From positions 310,001 through 374,000 of the forward strand of contig CP128818.1 of the NCBI GenBank assembly GCA_051546255.1: a stretch of 64,000 bases of DNA, given 5' to 3'. Of the stretch, positions 1 to 11,242 are shown in pieces. Both the position numbers and the translations under genes were made by a program. Position 1 is the stretch's first letter; the number at the start of each line of letters is the position of its first letter. This DNA is from Meyerozyma guilliermondii (Eukaryota). The notes below the pieces were generated by a model, which saw only the letters and a program-made list of their open reading frames with translations, searched no databases and had not been told where the DNA came from.

Positions 1-352
1 AATCTAAAAATGATAACTATCTACTAAGTATCATAAGCTGAGGGCATCACCTATTTCATAGTTTAAGTTACTGAGGTATATGAACCACTTTATGAAGAGT
101 AGTTCTCATAATGTAGGGCATAAGATATTACCATAAACGTATCAAATATACTATGTCTTCTCAGATACCATTTCTCACTTTAGACTTACAGAATATGAAG
201 TCTCGTAAGGAATACAGGCTCAGGTTACAAAAGTAAACTACAAATAAAATAGAAATTGTCTTCTGATCGATATGAAGGCTATAGATTAATCTATAAACTG
301 ATATAGCTATTATAGCTATCTTTCGCTGCGTATCGCTATTCTTTATTTTTTC

Positions 353-3300
353 CTAATCCTTCCATCCGCTGTCTTCCTTGGCAGCCTTGCGCTCCATCTC
401 GTCCCAGTCTTCACCCTCACTTTCACTGACATCAGAACCGGACCCAGACCCAGACCCAGACTCGGAGTATGCGTCTTCTTCGCTCACACTGTCGTCTTCG
501 TCCGAGGGATCAACGTCAGATGCTTCAAACTCCGATTCTTCTTCCTCGGATTCTTCGTCTTCAGAATCGTCTCCAGCAAGAATACCCCATCCTCCGTCTT
601 CGAAAAACTGATATGGATCGGCCTGAACCGTCTTCATAATAGCAGGCCAGTTCAAGTTCATCTGCCACTCACTGTAAGGAATGTCCACATCCGTCAACCA
701 CGACTTGACATCTTCCAACACTTCCATAGGAATCGAATTTATATGGGCAACCGGTCTCTTAAAATCTTTGAAAACAAACACCAAATCGAAATTCTTGAGT
801 CCAAATTGTACTCTTTCCAACTGGGCAATTTCAATCTCTTCCAAGGTAATAACCAAGTATGGTGGGTCAATAAGAGACACTAAACAGTAAGCAGTGGGCA
901 TACAGAACACCGCCAGTCTGAATGGTACACCTTGGAATCCAAGCTCTCTGAATGGAGTTTCTGCATCAACCATTCCATGCAGAGAGTCCACAATAAGCTG
1001 AGTGAATGCCTTGAATTCCTTATCCAACGCAGCTTTCCGACGACGTTCTTCCTGCTCCTGTTGAAGTTCATCCTCGTCTCCATATCTGTACTTTCTCTTT
1101 CTTCCACCAGTCTCGTCAAACGACATTTCACTAGCTTCTCGGTAGAACTGGACGTCCAATGTTTTCTTCTTTCCGATCATAATTGGGCTCTTCAAATGAC
1201 AGTGAATCAACACAATAAGCTCATCTTTGCACGACTGGAAGAAAAGATGTTTAATGTTCGAGAACAACACATCCACCTTGTGATCAGACTTGAACGTCAG
1301 AAGGTATCGCAAACCATTTTCGTGGATCTGCAAAACTCCCGCTACTTTCTTTGTATCTGGCTGTGGACGAACATAAACCTGTTCAAGTTTACGTACCCTC
1401 GAACCCTTCAATTCAACCAAAGATGCTTGTGTCACAACGTCAGCCATTTGCTTTTTCTCTTGTTCTCTCTTCACAGCATCTTTCTTCATGTCGGAAATCG
1501 CTTTGTACACATCCACCATTCGCTGATGATCTCTCAGTCTCAATGTCACCGACCTCAAAAACTGGAAATCAGGATCGTCCTCGTACGGCAATTCCGCTCT
1601 CTTAGCACCAAAAGCTCCAGCTCCGGGAGAATTGAAGTTGAGACGAAGATAAGTGAAATCTCCTTCTTCGTTCTGCAGTCCGTTTTTGAACGCATTGATG
1701 TGGAAAACAACTGGACGGCCGGAAATGGGAATGAGAATGGTCTGACTCTTGTAGTCTACATGGATTCTCAAGTCTCTTACCGTCAGCGGGATCTGCGATT
1801 CGCGAATATAAGACTCATATCTCTTGAAAATGGGTTTAGTTTCCGATCCGTCAGCAGCATCATCTTTTGAAAAACGAGCCAAACCTTCCTGCTGGCGCTT
1901 TTCATGAAGCCGCTTTTGCTGCTCTTGACGAATCTGCTCGGCATTTGTCTCATCTTCCGCCTGTTCGTTTCTTGTCCTGTTCTTGAGATTTCTGCCACTG
2001 GCTTCGGCGCGACCCACTTGGTGGTCAAGCCCATTTTTGGTCTCCGTCTTGACCTTTTGGTCCTCAAATTTGAAGGAAATCTCCGGCCGTTCCTTGGCAT
2101 AGGTGGTCATAGAAACAGGTTCTCCCGAAGTGACTCGATACGTATCAGTCAACAACACGGAGAAAGGACTTCCGTTCTCGTCTTCAACGTTGTGGAATCC
2201 TACAGACAACGAAAAAACCTCGTTTTCTCTCAATTTCCGATCGGTTTTGGCGTTCAAAACTAGTAATGAGTCGCGGAACTCAATACCAGTCAAAAAACCA
2301 CAGTTTCTCGTTAGTTGCTGTGCCAACTCGGGGCGCTTTTCCTTGACGTAGTCCACAGCTCCGTTGTAGACGCTCAGGGCCTCAGCTCCGGCGCGGAGCA
2401 ACGAAACAACATGCCGCTGAAGCTCGAGCAAAAAATCATACGTCTTCTCCATGGTGGGAGTGGGGTCTATCAAAAAGGTCCGGGCCAAATTGGAGCAGTA
2501 GGACTTGTAACGCATGCCGATCAGGGCCAAAACCACTCCATTTGCGGCCAACTTTTTGTTTTTGGACGTAGCGCTCACCTTCAAGTCGTAGTCTCCTCCG
2601 CTCTGAATGATGGGGGAGTAGCACCATTCAACCAAATCCGGGTCAAAATTGTTCTCACCTCCCAAAAGCTTTTTTCCAAGCCCTTTGGTGTACCATTTGG
2701 AGGACTCAATCAGATCTTCTATTTTTTCAGAAAGCGCCAAATTAGTGGTTTTCCTGCCAGCGTCCACTGCAGAAACCATTTCGTTGGCAAAAGTGTCCAC
2801 CATCACCACCGACGCGTTTGCTGCTATCGTTGTGAGGGAAATTTCTTCATCATCCTTGGGACCCAATGCCTCCGAAATTAGAGGAGCGGCATCGTTATAC
2901 TGAAGCTCCCCACCATCTTCATTTTTCACCGACTCCACTGCCCTCCATTCGTCCACAAATTTGCCCTCGTAGACACCTACATCAAGACGACCAACTGGTT
3001 TGTTCAAATCCATCATAACTTTCTTCAATTTTTCAAAAAGTTCACGGTTCTTTTCCGCCTCTTTCGTACGCGTCCAAATCTCCACTTCGGACGAGTTTGG
3101 CGACGGTTTTTTCGGTAATTCCTGAAGATGCTTCGTCTTGGACTCCGAAGTGAGTATTATGCACTTGTCAGCGGTCACCAAAATGGCAGTATGAGGAAAC
3201 TCGTATCCCAAGAGCCAGGTCTGGGTCACGGTGGTTTTCTTGTAAATGTTATTATCATCGTTTGTACCAGTCATTAAAAGTACAGCCCCGTTCTCCAGGC

Positions 3301-3367
3301 CCACAATGCTCTGCTGCAACACCAGGAGCCGTTTGTGGAACGTGCCAGCATCAATGGTGACAGACAT
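353..3367 (-). CDS. SPT16: FACT complex large subunit Spt16
   Basis: N-terminal peptidase-like domain (WLLGYEFP), YLRLNFNSPG, LERVQFGLKNFD, acidic C-terminal tail. The first ATG (MSVTIDAG) is at 3367; the ORF-track extension starts at a non-ATG codon. Confidence 0.97.
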   Translation of the reverse strand: MSVTIDAGTFHKRLLVLQQSIVGLENGAVLLMTGTNDDNNIYKKTTVTQTWLLGYEFPHTAILVTADKCIILTSESKTKHLQELPKKPSPNSSEVEIWTRTKEAEKNRELFEKLKKVMMDLNKPVGRLDVGVYEGKFVDEWRAVESVKNEDGGELQYNDAAPLISEALGPKDDEEISLTTIAANASVVMVDTFANEMVSAVDAGRKTTNLALSEKIEDLIESSKWYTKGLGKKLLGGENNFDPDLVEWCYSPIIQSGGDYDLKVSATSKNKKLAANGVVLALIGMRYKSYCSNLARTFLIDPTPTMEKTYDFLLELQRHVVSLLRAGAEALSVYNGAVDYVKEKRPELAQQLTRNCGFLTGIEFRDSLLVLNAKTDRKLRENEVFSLSVGFHNVEDENGSPFSVLLTDTYRVTSGEPVSMTTYAKERPEISFKFEDQKVKTETKNGLDHQVGRAEASGRNLKNRTRNEQAEDETNAEQIRQEQQKRLHEKRQQEGLARFSKDDAADGSETKPIFKRYESYIRESQIPLTVRDLRIHVDYKSQTILIPISGRPVVFHINAFKNGLQNEEGDFTYLRLNFNSPGAGAFGAKRAELPYEDDPDFQFLRSVTLRLRDHQRMVDVYKAISDMKKDAVKREQEKKQMADVVTQASLVELKGSRVRKLEQVYVRPQPDTKKVAGVLQIHENGLRYLLTFKSDHKVDVLFSNIKHLFFQSCKDELIVLIHCHLKSPIMIGKKKTLDVQFYREASEMSFDETGGRKRKYRYGDEDELQQEQEERRRKAALDKEFKAFTQLIVDSLHGMVDAETPFRELGFQGVPFRLAVFCMPTAYCLVSLIDPPYLVITLEEIEIAQLERVQFGLKNFDLVFVFKDFKRPVAHINSIPMEVLEDVKSWLTDVDIPYSEWQMNLNWPAIMKTVQADPYQFFEDGGWGILAGDDSEDEESEEEESEFEASDVDPSDEDDSVSEEDAYSESGSGSGSGSDVSESEGEDWDEMERKAAKEDSGWKD

Positions 3368-3458
3368 GATGACGACGATCGCAAGAGCTGAGAAGTGAGA
3401 ATACCGAACACATCCAACCACCACAAAGCCAACCACCACCACCACCACCTCAAAATCA

Positions 3459-3478
3459 ACGCGTCCGTCTATACGCGT
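3459..3478. promoter_or_regulatory. Two MCB elements (ACGCGT) in the SPT16/PRI2 divergent promoter
   Basis: ACGCGT at 3459-3464 and 3473-3478, immediately upstream of a DNA replication gene. Confidence 0.7.
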
Positions 3479-3480
3479 AC

Positions 3481-4959
3481 ATGTTCCGCCAAGTTAAACG
3501 ACGCACGGCTGGCCGTAGGAACTTTGAGGGAACTTATACTCCTCGTAATGACCTCCCCAATCACAGATTATCGTTTTATGATGTTCCTCCTACAGAAGAA
3601 ATCACTTTGGAGCAATTCGAATCTTGGGCCATCGACAGGCTCAAAATTTTGATCGAGATTGAATCTTGTATGGCTCGTGGAAGATCGTTTCGGGAAACAG
3701 AGACGGCGGTGAGACCGTTGCTTCAGAAATTACTTCCCTTAGGAACGTGGCCCGTAAATAACAACTCTCAAATTGATGAATTGAAAAAGGATTATTACTC
3801 ACATTTCATTCTTCGTCTCGTATTTTGCAGAACTGAGGACCTACGTCGCAAGTTTGTACGGAACGAAACCGTGCTCTTCAAGATCAGATACAATGCCATG
3901 CAACCCAAGGAACAACACCAGTTCATCACAAATCACCACGATAAATTGCCGTGGAATTATATCGATTCCGACGAAAAACTGGCGTTATTTGACCAGCTTT
4001 TTGCTGCCACGGGTGCCACCGTCAAATCCGCTTTAGCGGCCGAATCTGATGGCCAAATCACCACCGATCAGCTCCGTGCTCACTTTCGCAACGAAAACTT
4101 TATTAAGGTACCTTTTGAGAAAATCACCAGTCTCGTGGCCACGCGTCTGGTTTTGCTCAAACTGGGCTACGGATACGTTCCCTCAACTCTTCAGCTCAGC
4201 TTACTAGCACTGGAGTTCCAGGAACTTCTTCAACGCGATCTTCTCCGCACGTTTCAGTCTATTCCACGTCTTGAGGAAGACGATAGACTTCTTCCTCTTC
4301 TCAACCATTTGGGCCAAAACTTCGCCAGCATGGAATACGATCCAGCTTTCAGCGCGGACCCTTCGCTTGTCTCGGACATAAACGCAGCGTCAGTAACGAC
4401 TCCTGCCATCACCAATCACTATCCATTGTGTGCCAAACACTTGCAGACTAACATGATAGCTAGCTCACATCTTCGTCATGAGGGCCGCCAGCAGCTCTCT
4501 CTCTTCCTCAAGGGAATTGGTTTGAGTGTCGACGAAGCCCTCAAATTTTGGTCCCATAGTTTTACCAGCGGTCCTCACGCAATGACCCCAGAACGGTTCA
4601 ACAAAGAATTCAAATATAACATTCGTCACACCTACGGTTTGGAAGGTGCACGGACAAACTACAAACCTTGGGACTGTGCTAGAATTCTCCTGAGACCACT
4701 TCCTGGCAAAAACGAGTACCATGGCTGCCCTTATCGTGATTTGAGTGTAGATGCCCTCACAACACAACTAGGAGAAATGGGTGTTGGCGCTGTGGATATG
4801 AAAGGAGTACTCAACGATGTGGAAAGAAAAGACTATACGGTTGCTTGTACTCGAGTTTTCGAGATAACACATAACGTACAAGCAGAGCATATTGGACATC
4901 CAAACTTGTATTTTGATCGATCGAGACAATTGGAGAGAGCAAAGACCGAAACCGCATAA
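3481..4959 (+). CDS. PRI2: DNA primase large subunit
   Basis: KDYYSHFILRL, YPLC, HLRHEGRQQLSLFLKGIG, YNIRHTYGLEG, HGCPY Fe-S cysteines, HPNLYF. Confidence 0.97.
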   Translation: MFRQVKRRTAGRRNFEGTYTPRNDLPNHRLSFYDVPPTEEITLEQFESWAIDRLKILIEIESCMARGRSFRETETAVRPLLQKLLPLGTWPVNNNSQIDELKKDYYSHFILRLVFCRTEDLRRKFVRNETVLFKIRYNAMQPKEQHQFITNHHDKLPWNYIDSDEKLALFDQLFAATGATVKSALAAESDGQITTDQLRAHFRNENFIKVPFEKITSLVATRLVLLKLGYGYVPSTLQLSLLALEFQELLQRDLLRTFQSIPRLEEDDRLLPLLNHLGQNFASMEYDPAFSADPSLVSDINAASVTTPAITNHYPLCAKHLQTNMIASSHLRHEGRQQLSLFLKGIGLSVDEALKFWSHSFTSGPHAMTPERFNKEFKYNIRHTYGLEGARTNYKPWDCARILLRPLPGKNEYHGCPYRDLSVDALTTQLGEMGVGAVDMKGVLNDVERKDYTVACTRVFEITHNVQAEHIGHPNLYFDRSRQLERAKTETA

Positions 4960-5136
4960 ACCACGCTTAACTGCTAAACTGCTAAACTGCCAATCTACTA
5001 CAATCTGAAATACTTGCTAACACTTGCTAATAACTTGAACGCTAATTGCTTCCTTCAACTGCTACTATCTGATAACATTTGCTAATCGCTTGCTAACTTC
5101 TTGTCTCATTGCTACTCTTGTTTCTTCTCCTGCTTG

Positions 5137-6228
5137 CTAGAACTGCAGCATCACTTCCTTGTAGATCTCGGGCCACCATTTTTGAGCCACATCCTGATGT
5201 GACTTTATCCTATTTTGAAACACGGCCCTACCTACTGGATACTTTGCAAGATCAGGAGAGAATTGGAACCCTACATCCACCGCCCACTTGTCGATCAATT
5301 TGTCTCGTTCATCTCGCAATTTCAATACTTCATCCGGCAATCCAAGTGCTGCTTTTCTAGCGTCAAGGTCAATGGTTGAAAAGAAAGGAATTGAAATACG
5401 AGTTCCAGACCCAGATTTAGGTGTGATAACTCGGTGAATAGTAGCCTTGCACACTCCTTGTGTGATAGCCTCAAGTGTCTGGCCCACATTAACCACCAAA
5501 GTATCAGGAACGTTTTCTACTGAGATCCATTCACCTTGAAAATTTTGGACTTCGAGACAAGTATGTGGTGTGGCCTGGTGGATATAAGTAAGAAAGTCTG
5601 AATCACGATGTGGTCCAACACCTTGACCATCAGGTTTAGAATGGCCCTCGTTGCTGCTAAGTGAACCGGCATCGGGGTACGCAACAATTTTCATTTTGCA
5701 CTGCTGATTTTCCTTGAAATAAGCTTCCATTGCATCCTTATCAATCCCCAAAGCCTCACATACAAGCTGGCGGAAGTAGGTGCTGAGCTGGGTCATTTTG
5801 TCAATCCAGTGAAGAACAACTGGACGAAATTTGGGTGCTGCTTTTTCGTCGGGCCAAAGATTGGGACCCTCTATATTGCGATATATGGGAGCATCTTCAG
5901 GCGGAGCTGGAAGTTCGGTTGCCAAATCAATTTGTTCACGCCAATCAATGCGACCAGCAGTTATCTCATTGGCAAGTCTGGTATACCCCAAAAAATGCTT
6001 GGAGTGGATCATCGAGCAACCATCTTTGACCGGTTGTGGAAGTTTGAAAAACTCTTCAGCCTGCTCGGTTATAGCCGAAATATCTTCCTTTGTGGGCCCA
6101 TAGTCCTGGTAATTCGTGAGCAAGAGAAAACCCACTTCGATTAACGCATGCCTGATCTGGTCAAGTAGCCGAGATCGATTGGTATCCGCCTGAGAAAGGT
6201 CCACGACAGGTATTTTTGAAAACGACAT
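5137..6228 (-). CDS. 2-oxoglutarate/Fe(II) dioxygenase (IPNS/DIOX_N family)
   Basis: IPVVDLS start, GPNLWP, HRD...H iron triad (GVGPHRDSD, TIHRV), RIS motif; ATG at 6228. Confidence 0.9.
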   Translation of the reverse strand: MSFSKIPVVDLSQADTNRSRLLDQIRHALIEVGFLLLTNYQDYGPTKEDISAITEQAEEFFKLPQPVKDGCSMIHSKHFLGYTRLANEITAGRIDWREQIDLATELPAPPEDAPIYRNIEGPNLWPDEKAAPKFRPVVLHWIDKMTQLSTYFRQLVCEALGIDKDAMEAYFKENQQCKMKIVAYPDAGSLSSNEGHSKPDGQGVGPHRDSDFLTYIHQATPHTCLEVQNFQGEWISVENVPDTLVVNVGQTLEAITQGVCKATIHRVITPKSGSGTRISIPFFSTIDLDARKAALGLPDEVLKLRDERDKLIDKWAVDVGFQFSPDLAKYPVGRAVFQNRIKSHQDVAQKWWPEIYKEVMLQF

Positions 6229-6339
6229 AAATGAGAAAGAAGACAAAACTTGAAGGGATTGACAAAAGAACTTCACCACCTCTCCAAGTCCATGCCACAG
6301 TCTAACCTGCACCAAGCGCCGCATCGTTGGATCCAGGGA

Positions 6340-6429
6340 TTATCTACGGGTGTCTGGATCTGTACTGCACTGACCGCCGCATCGTTGTTGGACCTATTGC
6401 TTATCTACGGGTGTCTGGATCTGTACTGC
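6340..6429 (+). repeat. 29-bp perfect direct repeat (2 copies, 61-bp period) in a divergent promoter
   Basis: TTATCTACGGGTGTCTGGATCTGTACTGC at 6340-6368 and 6401-6429. Confidence 0.95.
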
Positions 6430-6471
6430 GACACCCGCCACCAGACCACGATTTTTCACTACTTGTTCACT

Positions 6472-9400
6472 ATGTCTTTGGTCAACAATCCCGATATTGT
6501 ATCGGCTGAGCTCATGGTGCCGAAGCCCTTGTGGGCTAGGCCGTACGTGTGGCCGTTTGCAATCGTATATCCGATCTGTATTCAGATCTACACCCAACAG
6601 TACGATAAGTATATTGGCGGTTCGGAGTGGACTTTTGTGTATTCGATTCTTATCGTGTCGTTAAACTTTTTATTTTGGTTGATGCCTCACTGGAATCTCG
6701 ACATCAATTCGCGGTTCAACTATGTGAAGGTGAACTCGATTCCTGAAGCATCTCACATCAAGATCACCCCTGCTCCCAACACTGGTGCCGGCGAGATTTG
6801 TCCTATATCGAGGGAAACTTTTCCCGATGGAGAGATCCAGGTCAGTTTTCTGTTCCAAAAACGTCGTCATTTGTTCCACAAGGATACTGGAAAGTTTTCT
6901 CCACCGGAGTTCTTGGTTGATGCATCCCCCACGTTGTCCGAATTTCAAACCTCCAGAGGTCTTAAAGGCGACCTTGAAAAGTTGAGGCGTCAGTATGGCT
7001 CTAATCGGTTCGACATTCCCGTTCCTACCTTTTTGGAGTTGTTCAAAGAGCACGCTGTGGCTCCGTTTTTCGTGTTTCAAATCTTTTGTGTTGCCCTTTG
7101 GTGTATGGACGATCAATGGTATTTCTCCTTGTTCTCTCTCTTCATGTTGGTGTCTTTTGAAATGACTACAGTGTTTCAACGTCGTACCACAATGACAGAG
7201 TTTCAGACCATGGGAATCAAGCCATACTTACTTTACGTTTTCCGTGACGGTAAATGGACCCAGCTTGAAACTACCGAGCTACTTCCTGGAGATATTGTTT
7301 CCGTAACACGTACCGCCGAAGATAGCGCTCTTCCCTGTGATCTTTTGCTTTTGGATGGAAGTGCCATTGTCAACGAAGCCATGCTTTCCGGTGAACTGAC
7401 ACCGTTGTTGAAAGAGTCTGTCAGCTTGAGACCAGGTTCTGAAAGATTTGACCCCGAGGGATTGGATAAGAACTCATTGCTTCATGGAGGAACCCTGGTT
7501 TTGCAAGTGACTGCTCCATCAGCTTCTAGCATTAGCTTGGCCCCAGATAACGGTGCTCTTGCATACGTTATCAAGACTGGATTTGAAACCTCGCAAGGTT
7601 CGCTCGTCAGAATGATGGTCTTTACAAGTGAAAGAGTTTCTGTTGGAAACAAAGAATCCTTCCTTTTCATTCTCTTTTTGCTTCAGTTCGCTATTGCCGC
7701 TTCTTGGTACGTCTGGGTTGAAGGTACGAAGATGGGACGTATTCAGTCCAAGCTTATCCTTGATTGTATTATTGTGATTACCTCTGTTGTCCCACCAGAA
7801 CTTCCAATGGAATTGTCCATGGCTGTCAATGCTTCGCTTGCTGTTTTATCGAAGCATTATATCTTCTGCACTGAGCCTTTCAGAATTCCCCTCGCTGGTC
7901 GCCTTGATGTTTGTTGTTTCGACAAGACCGGTACTCTCACCGCTGAAGATCTCGTTTTTGAAGGTTTGGCAGGATTCAAGTCTGACGATATTCACCATTT
8001 GTACACCTGCAAGGAAGCACCAGAAACCACCTCTTTAGTCTTAGGATCAGCTCATGCGTTGGTGCGTTTAAATGATGGTGAAGTCGTTGGTGACCCAATG
8101 GAACAAGCTACATTGAAAGCTGCCCACTGGGAAGTTGGCTCGGATGATACTGTTCTGCGTGAAAACGAAAAGGGAAAAGTTGACAAGATCAAAATTCTCC
8201 GTCGTTTCCAATTTTCGTCTGCTTTGAAAAGATCAGCAGCTATATCCTCGATTTCTGGCCAAAAGCAAAACTTTGTTGCTGTCAAAGGCGCCCCTGAAAC
8301 ACTCCGTAAGATGATCATTGATGCTCCCGACTCGTACGAAGAGATTTACAAGTCTTTCACCAGATCTGGTTCTCGTGTTCTAGCTCTTGGATACAAACAC
8401 TTGGAATCAAATGTCAATGTTCTCAAAGTCAACCGTGAAGACATCGAATCTAGATTACACTTTGCTGGGTTTATTGTTTTCCACTGTCCATTGAAGGATG
8501 ATGCCGTAGAGACTATCAAAATGTTGAACGAGTCGTCGCACAGATGTGTGATGATTACTGGTGATAATCCATTAACTGCTTGCCATGTTGCCAAAGAAGT
8601 CAAGATCACTACCAAGGATGTTTTGATTTTAGATGCCCCTGAGGAACATCACACTGTGTCAGAAGGGGAGAACTTGGTTTGGCGTAATGTTGATGAGCTG
8701 CTTGTGATGCCTTTTAGAAGTGCCGATCGTATCAACACTCGTCTTTTCGAAACACACGATATTTGTATTACTGGTTACGCACTTAATTTCTTGAGTGAGC
8801 ACGTACAAATTTTAGACTTGTTGAAGCATACATGGGTTTATGCTCGTGTTTCTCCTGCTCAGAAGGAGTTCATTTTGACTTCCTTGAAAAACGCTGGATA
8901 TGCGACACTCATGTGTGGTGATGGTACCAACGATGTCGGTGCATTGAAACAAGCTCATATTGGTGTGGCCTTGTTGAATGGTACTGAAGAGGGAATGAAA
9001 AAGATTGCTGAGAACAGAAAGATGGAAGCCACCAAGAAAGTTTACGATAAACAGGTACAGCTTCTTGCCAACTGGAACAAACCTCCTCCTCCCGTCCCAC
9101 CTATTATTGCTCATTTGTACCCTCCTGGACCATACAATCCTAAATACCTTGAAGCGATGGAGAAGAAAGGAGTTGAAATCACTCCAGAATTGAGAAAGAC
9201 GGTTTCGCTTGCTAACAAAACAGGTGTGTCGCCAATCAAGGTCGACAAGCAAACTGGAGCTGCCTCGCTTGCTGATTCTGTTCTTAATGCGTTGAATGAA
9301 GCCGAAGGAGAGGACGAGGCACCAACTCTTAAACTTGGTGATGCTTCTGTTGCTGCACCATTTACTTCTAAATTGTCTGCTGTGTCTACTGTTACCCACC

Positions 9401-10101
9401 TTATTCGTCAAGGACGTTGTGCTTTGGTCACCACCATTCAAATGTACAAGATTTTGGCACTCAACTGTTTGATTTCGGCCTACTCTTTATCGGTACTTTA
9501 TCTTGCAGGTATCAAGTTTGGAGACGCCCAAAGTACCATTAGTGGTGTGTTGTTGTCGGTATGCTTTTTGTCGATATCGAAGGGTAAACCTCTTGAAAAG
9601 CTTTCCAAAGAAAGACCCCAAGCGGGAATCTTCAACAAGTACATTATGGGATCGATTCTTGGCCAGTTTGCTGTCCATATAATTACCTTGATCTACATTA
9701 CTAGAGAGATTTACATTTTGGAACCTCGTGAGCCCCAGGTTGATCTCGAGAAGGAATTTTCTCCATCATTATTAAACACGGGTATGTTCCTTTTGCAATT
9801 GGCACAACAAGTTTCTACGTTTGCTGTCAACTACCAGGGTCCTCCTTTCAAGGAGAGCATCAAGGATAATAGAGGAATGTGGTATGGGTTGTTGGGAGTT
9901 GCTGGATTGGCACTCGCCGGGTCTACTGAGTTCTTCCCCGAATTAAATGAGCAAATGAAGTTTGTCAAGATGGACACATTGTTTAAAACGAAATTGACCG
10001 GTTCCATTTTAGTGGATTTGGGTGCCACTTGGTTGATTGAGGTCGGATTGAAGATGGCGTTCATGAACTCCGAACCTGCCGACATTGCCAGAAGAGATTG
10101 A
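6472..10101 (+). CDS. SPF1: ER P5A-type ATPase
   Basis: PPELPME, CCFDKTGTLT, KGAPE, MITGDN, MCGDGTNDVGALK; likely ATG at 6472 (MSLVNNP). Confidence 0.97.
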   Translation: MSLVNNPDIVSAELMVPKPLWARPYVWPFAIVYPICIQIYTQQYDKYIGGSEWTFVYSILIVSLNFLFWLMPHWNLDINSRFNYVKVNSIPEASHIKITPAPNTGAGEICPISRETFPDGEIQVSFLFQKRRHLFHKDTGKFSPPEFLVDASPTLSEFQTSRGLKGDLEKLRRQYGSNRFDIPVPTFLELFKEHAVAPFFVFQIFCVALWCMDDQWYFSLFSLFMLVSFEMTTVFQRRTTMTEFQTMGIKPYLLYVFRDGKWTQLETTELLPGDIVSVTRTAEDSALPCDLLLLDGSAIVNEAMLSGELTPLLKESVSLRPGSERFDPEGLDKNSLLHGGTLVLQVTAPSASSISLAPDNGALAYVIKTGFETSQGSLVRMMVFTSERVSVGNKESFLFILFLLQFAIAASWYVWVEGTKMGRIQSKLILDCIIVITSVVPPELPMELSMAVNASLAVLSKHYIFCTEPFRIPLAGRLDVCCFDKTGTLTAEDLVFEGLAGFKSDDIHHLYTCKEAPETTSLVLGSAHALVRLNDGEVVGDPMEQATLKAAHWEVGSDDTVLRENEKGKVDKIKILRRFQFSSALKRSAAISSISGQKQNFVAVKGAPETLRKMIIDAPDSYEEIYKSFTRSGSRVLALGYKHLESNVNVLKVNREDIESRLHFAGFIVFHCPLKDDAVETIKMLNESSHRCVMITGDNPLTACHVAKEVKITTKDVLILDAPEEHHTVSEGENLVWRNVDELLVMPFRSADRINTRLFETHDICITGYALNFLSEHVQILDLLKHTWVYARVSPAQKEFILTSLKNAGYATLMCGDGTNDVGALKQAHIGVALLNGTEEGMKKIAENRKMEATKKVYDKQVQLLANWNKPPPPVPPIIAHLYPPGPYNPKYLEAMEKKGVEITPELRKTVSLANKTGVSPIKVDKQTGAASLADSVLNALNEAEGEDEAPTLKLGDASVAAPFTSKLSAVSTVTHLIRQGRCALVTTIQMYKILALNCLISAYSLSVLYLAGIKFGDAQSTISGVLLSVCFLSISKGKPLEKLSKERPQAGIFNKYIMGSILGQFAVHIITLIYITREIYILEPREPQVDLEKEFSPSLLNTGMFLLQLAQQVSTFAVNYQGPPFKESIKDNRGMWYGLLGVAGLALAGSTEFFPELNEQMKFVKMDTLFKTKLTGSILVDLGATWLIEVGLKMAFMNSEPADIARRD

Positions 10102-10235
10102 TAATAGAGATAAGTGACAATCAAGAAAGAAAATCAAGTCAAGACAATCAAGTCAAAGATAAAAATGGGTCACTGCTCAATGAATAGTGCGATTTAGTGT
10201 TAGTTGAACTTGATTAATATTTACAGTATTCACAT

Positions 10236-11150
10236 TTAGTCCCTTTCCTTTTCCACTCTCATTATCCTTTCCAAGTCCCTGCTTCTGTCGAAGCTTTCAA
10301 CTCTCACCACTGTAGTGCCTGCTTTGGTGATGATTGACAAAGACGGTAATATCTCATCAAGTTTGTGCAATGTATCTTTAACTTCCAGAATTGCAATTGG
10401 ATACGAAAAGCTATCACGGACGGTTCCTATCAACTTTGTCATCAGAAGCAGTTTTGGTAATGGTTCTCTACTGCAAACTTGGTACAAAATATCGTAAACT
10501 GGGTGCAATTTTCCAGCGATATAAGTATCGTATTTTTGCTGTGGAGTCGCGGAATTTTCACTATTTCGAAGTTTCTCCTTCAGCCTAATACGTTCAAGCA
10601 ACGACATACCTGTTTTGGTCAGTTCTTCTTGTTCCAGACGTTCTTTAAACCGGAATCTAGAAACATCGTTTTTGAGCTTGGTGACTTTGGTGGGACTTGG
10701 AGACATTTTTTTCGTGGGAGAGTTGGCCAATGGCTTTGTATAGTTCTTCATAGCAACGTCTCGTATTTCTACGGCGGGAATATAGCCTAGATTTTGATTT
10801 TCAGCTAGCCATTTTTCAATCGCATGGTTAAACTGAGTGCGCCGAGTTTCGATGGATTTGGTAAATTCGAGCACCTGGATGCGTTTTGGAGGTGAAATCC
10901 GGTAGAGATGCACGGCATCCACCTGCTGGTAGTCGGGATATACGAAATAAAACCCCGGAACTAAATACAAAATAACTTCGAAATGGGCAAAGTTGATACG
11001 AAGATTCGCATACAGCGACGCGGTATCGAGAAGCCGAGCCAAAACAGGGTCTGTTGTGTTGGTCGCATAGTGGAGAACGAGAACCAGCTCAATGGCTTGA
11101 AACAGCAGTCGTATTCGGTCGATCCAGGCGGTGGTTATAATGGGATGCAT
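10236..11150 (-). CDS. CDT1: Probable replication licensing factor Cdt1/Tah11
   Basis: SLLERIRLKEK motif typical of Cdt1, CDK-type SPTKK/SPTK sites. The location is consistent with the S. cerevisiae MCM3-SPF1-ECM10 / SSC1-TAH11 blocks. Confidence 0.7.
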   Translation of the reverse strand: MHPIITTAWIDRIRLLFQAIELVLVLHYATNTTDPVLARLLDTASLYANLRINFAHFEVILYLVPGFYFVYPDYQQVDAVHLYRISPPKRIQVLEFTKSIETRRTQFNHAIEKWLAENQNLGYIPAVEIRDVAMKNYTKPLANSPTKKMSPSPTKVTKLKNDVSRFRFKERLEQEELTKTGMSLLERIRLKEKLRNSENSATPQQKYDTYIAGKLHPVYDILYQVCSREPLPKLLLMTKLIGTVRDSFSYPIAILEVKDTLHKLDEILPSLSIITKAGTTVVRVESFDRSRDLERIMRVEKERD

Positions 11151-11242
11151 GTATTGCGCAGAGAAATTTCAACGTGCAGACGTCAAACCTACATGAGATC
11201 TAAAAGCGGCGCCTGCATATTATTGCATGAATACTATCTAAT

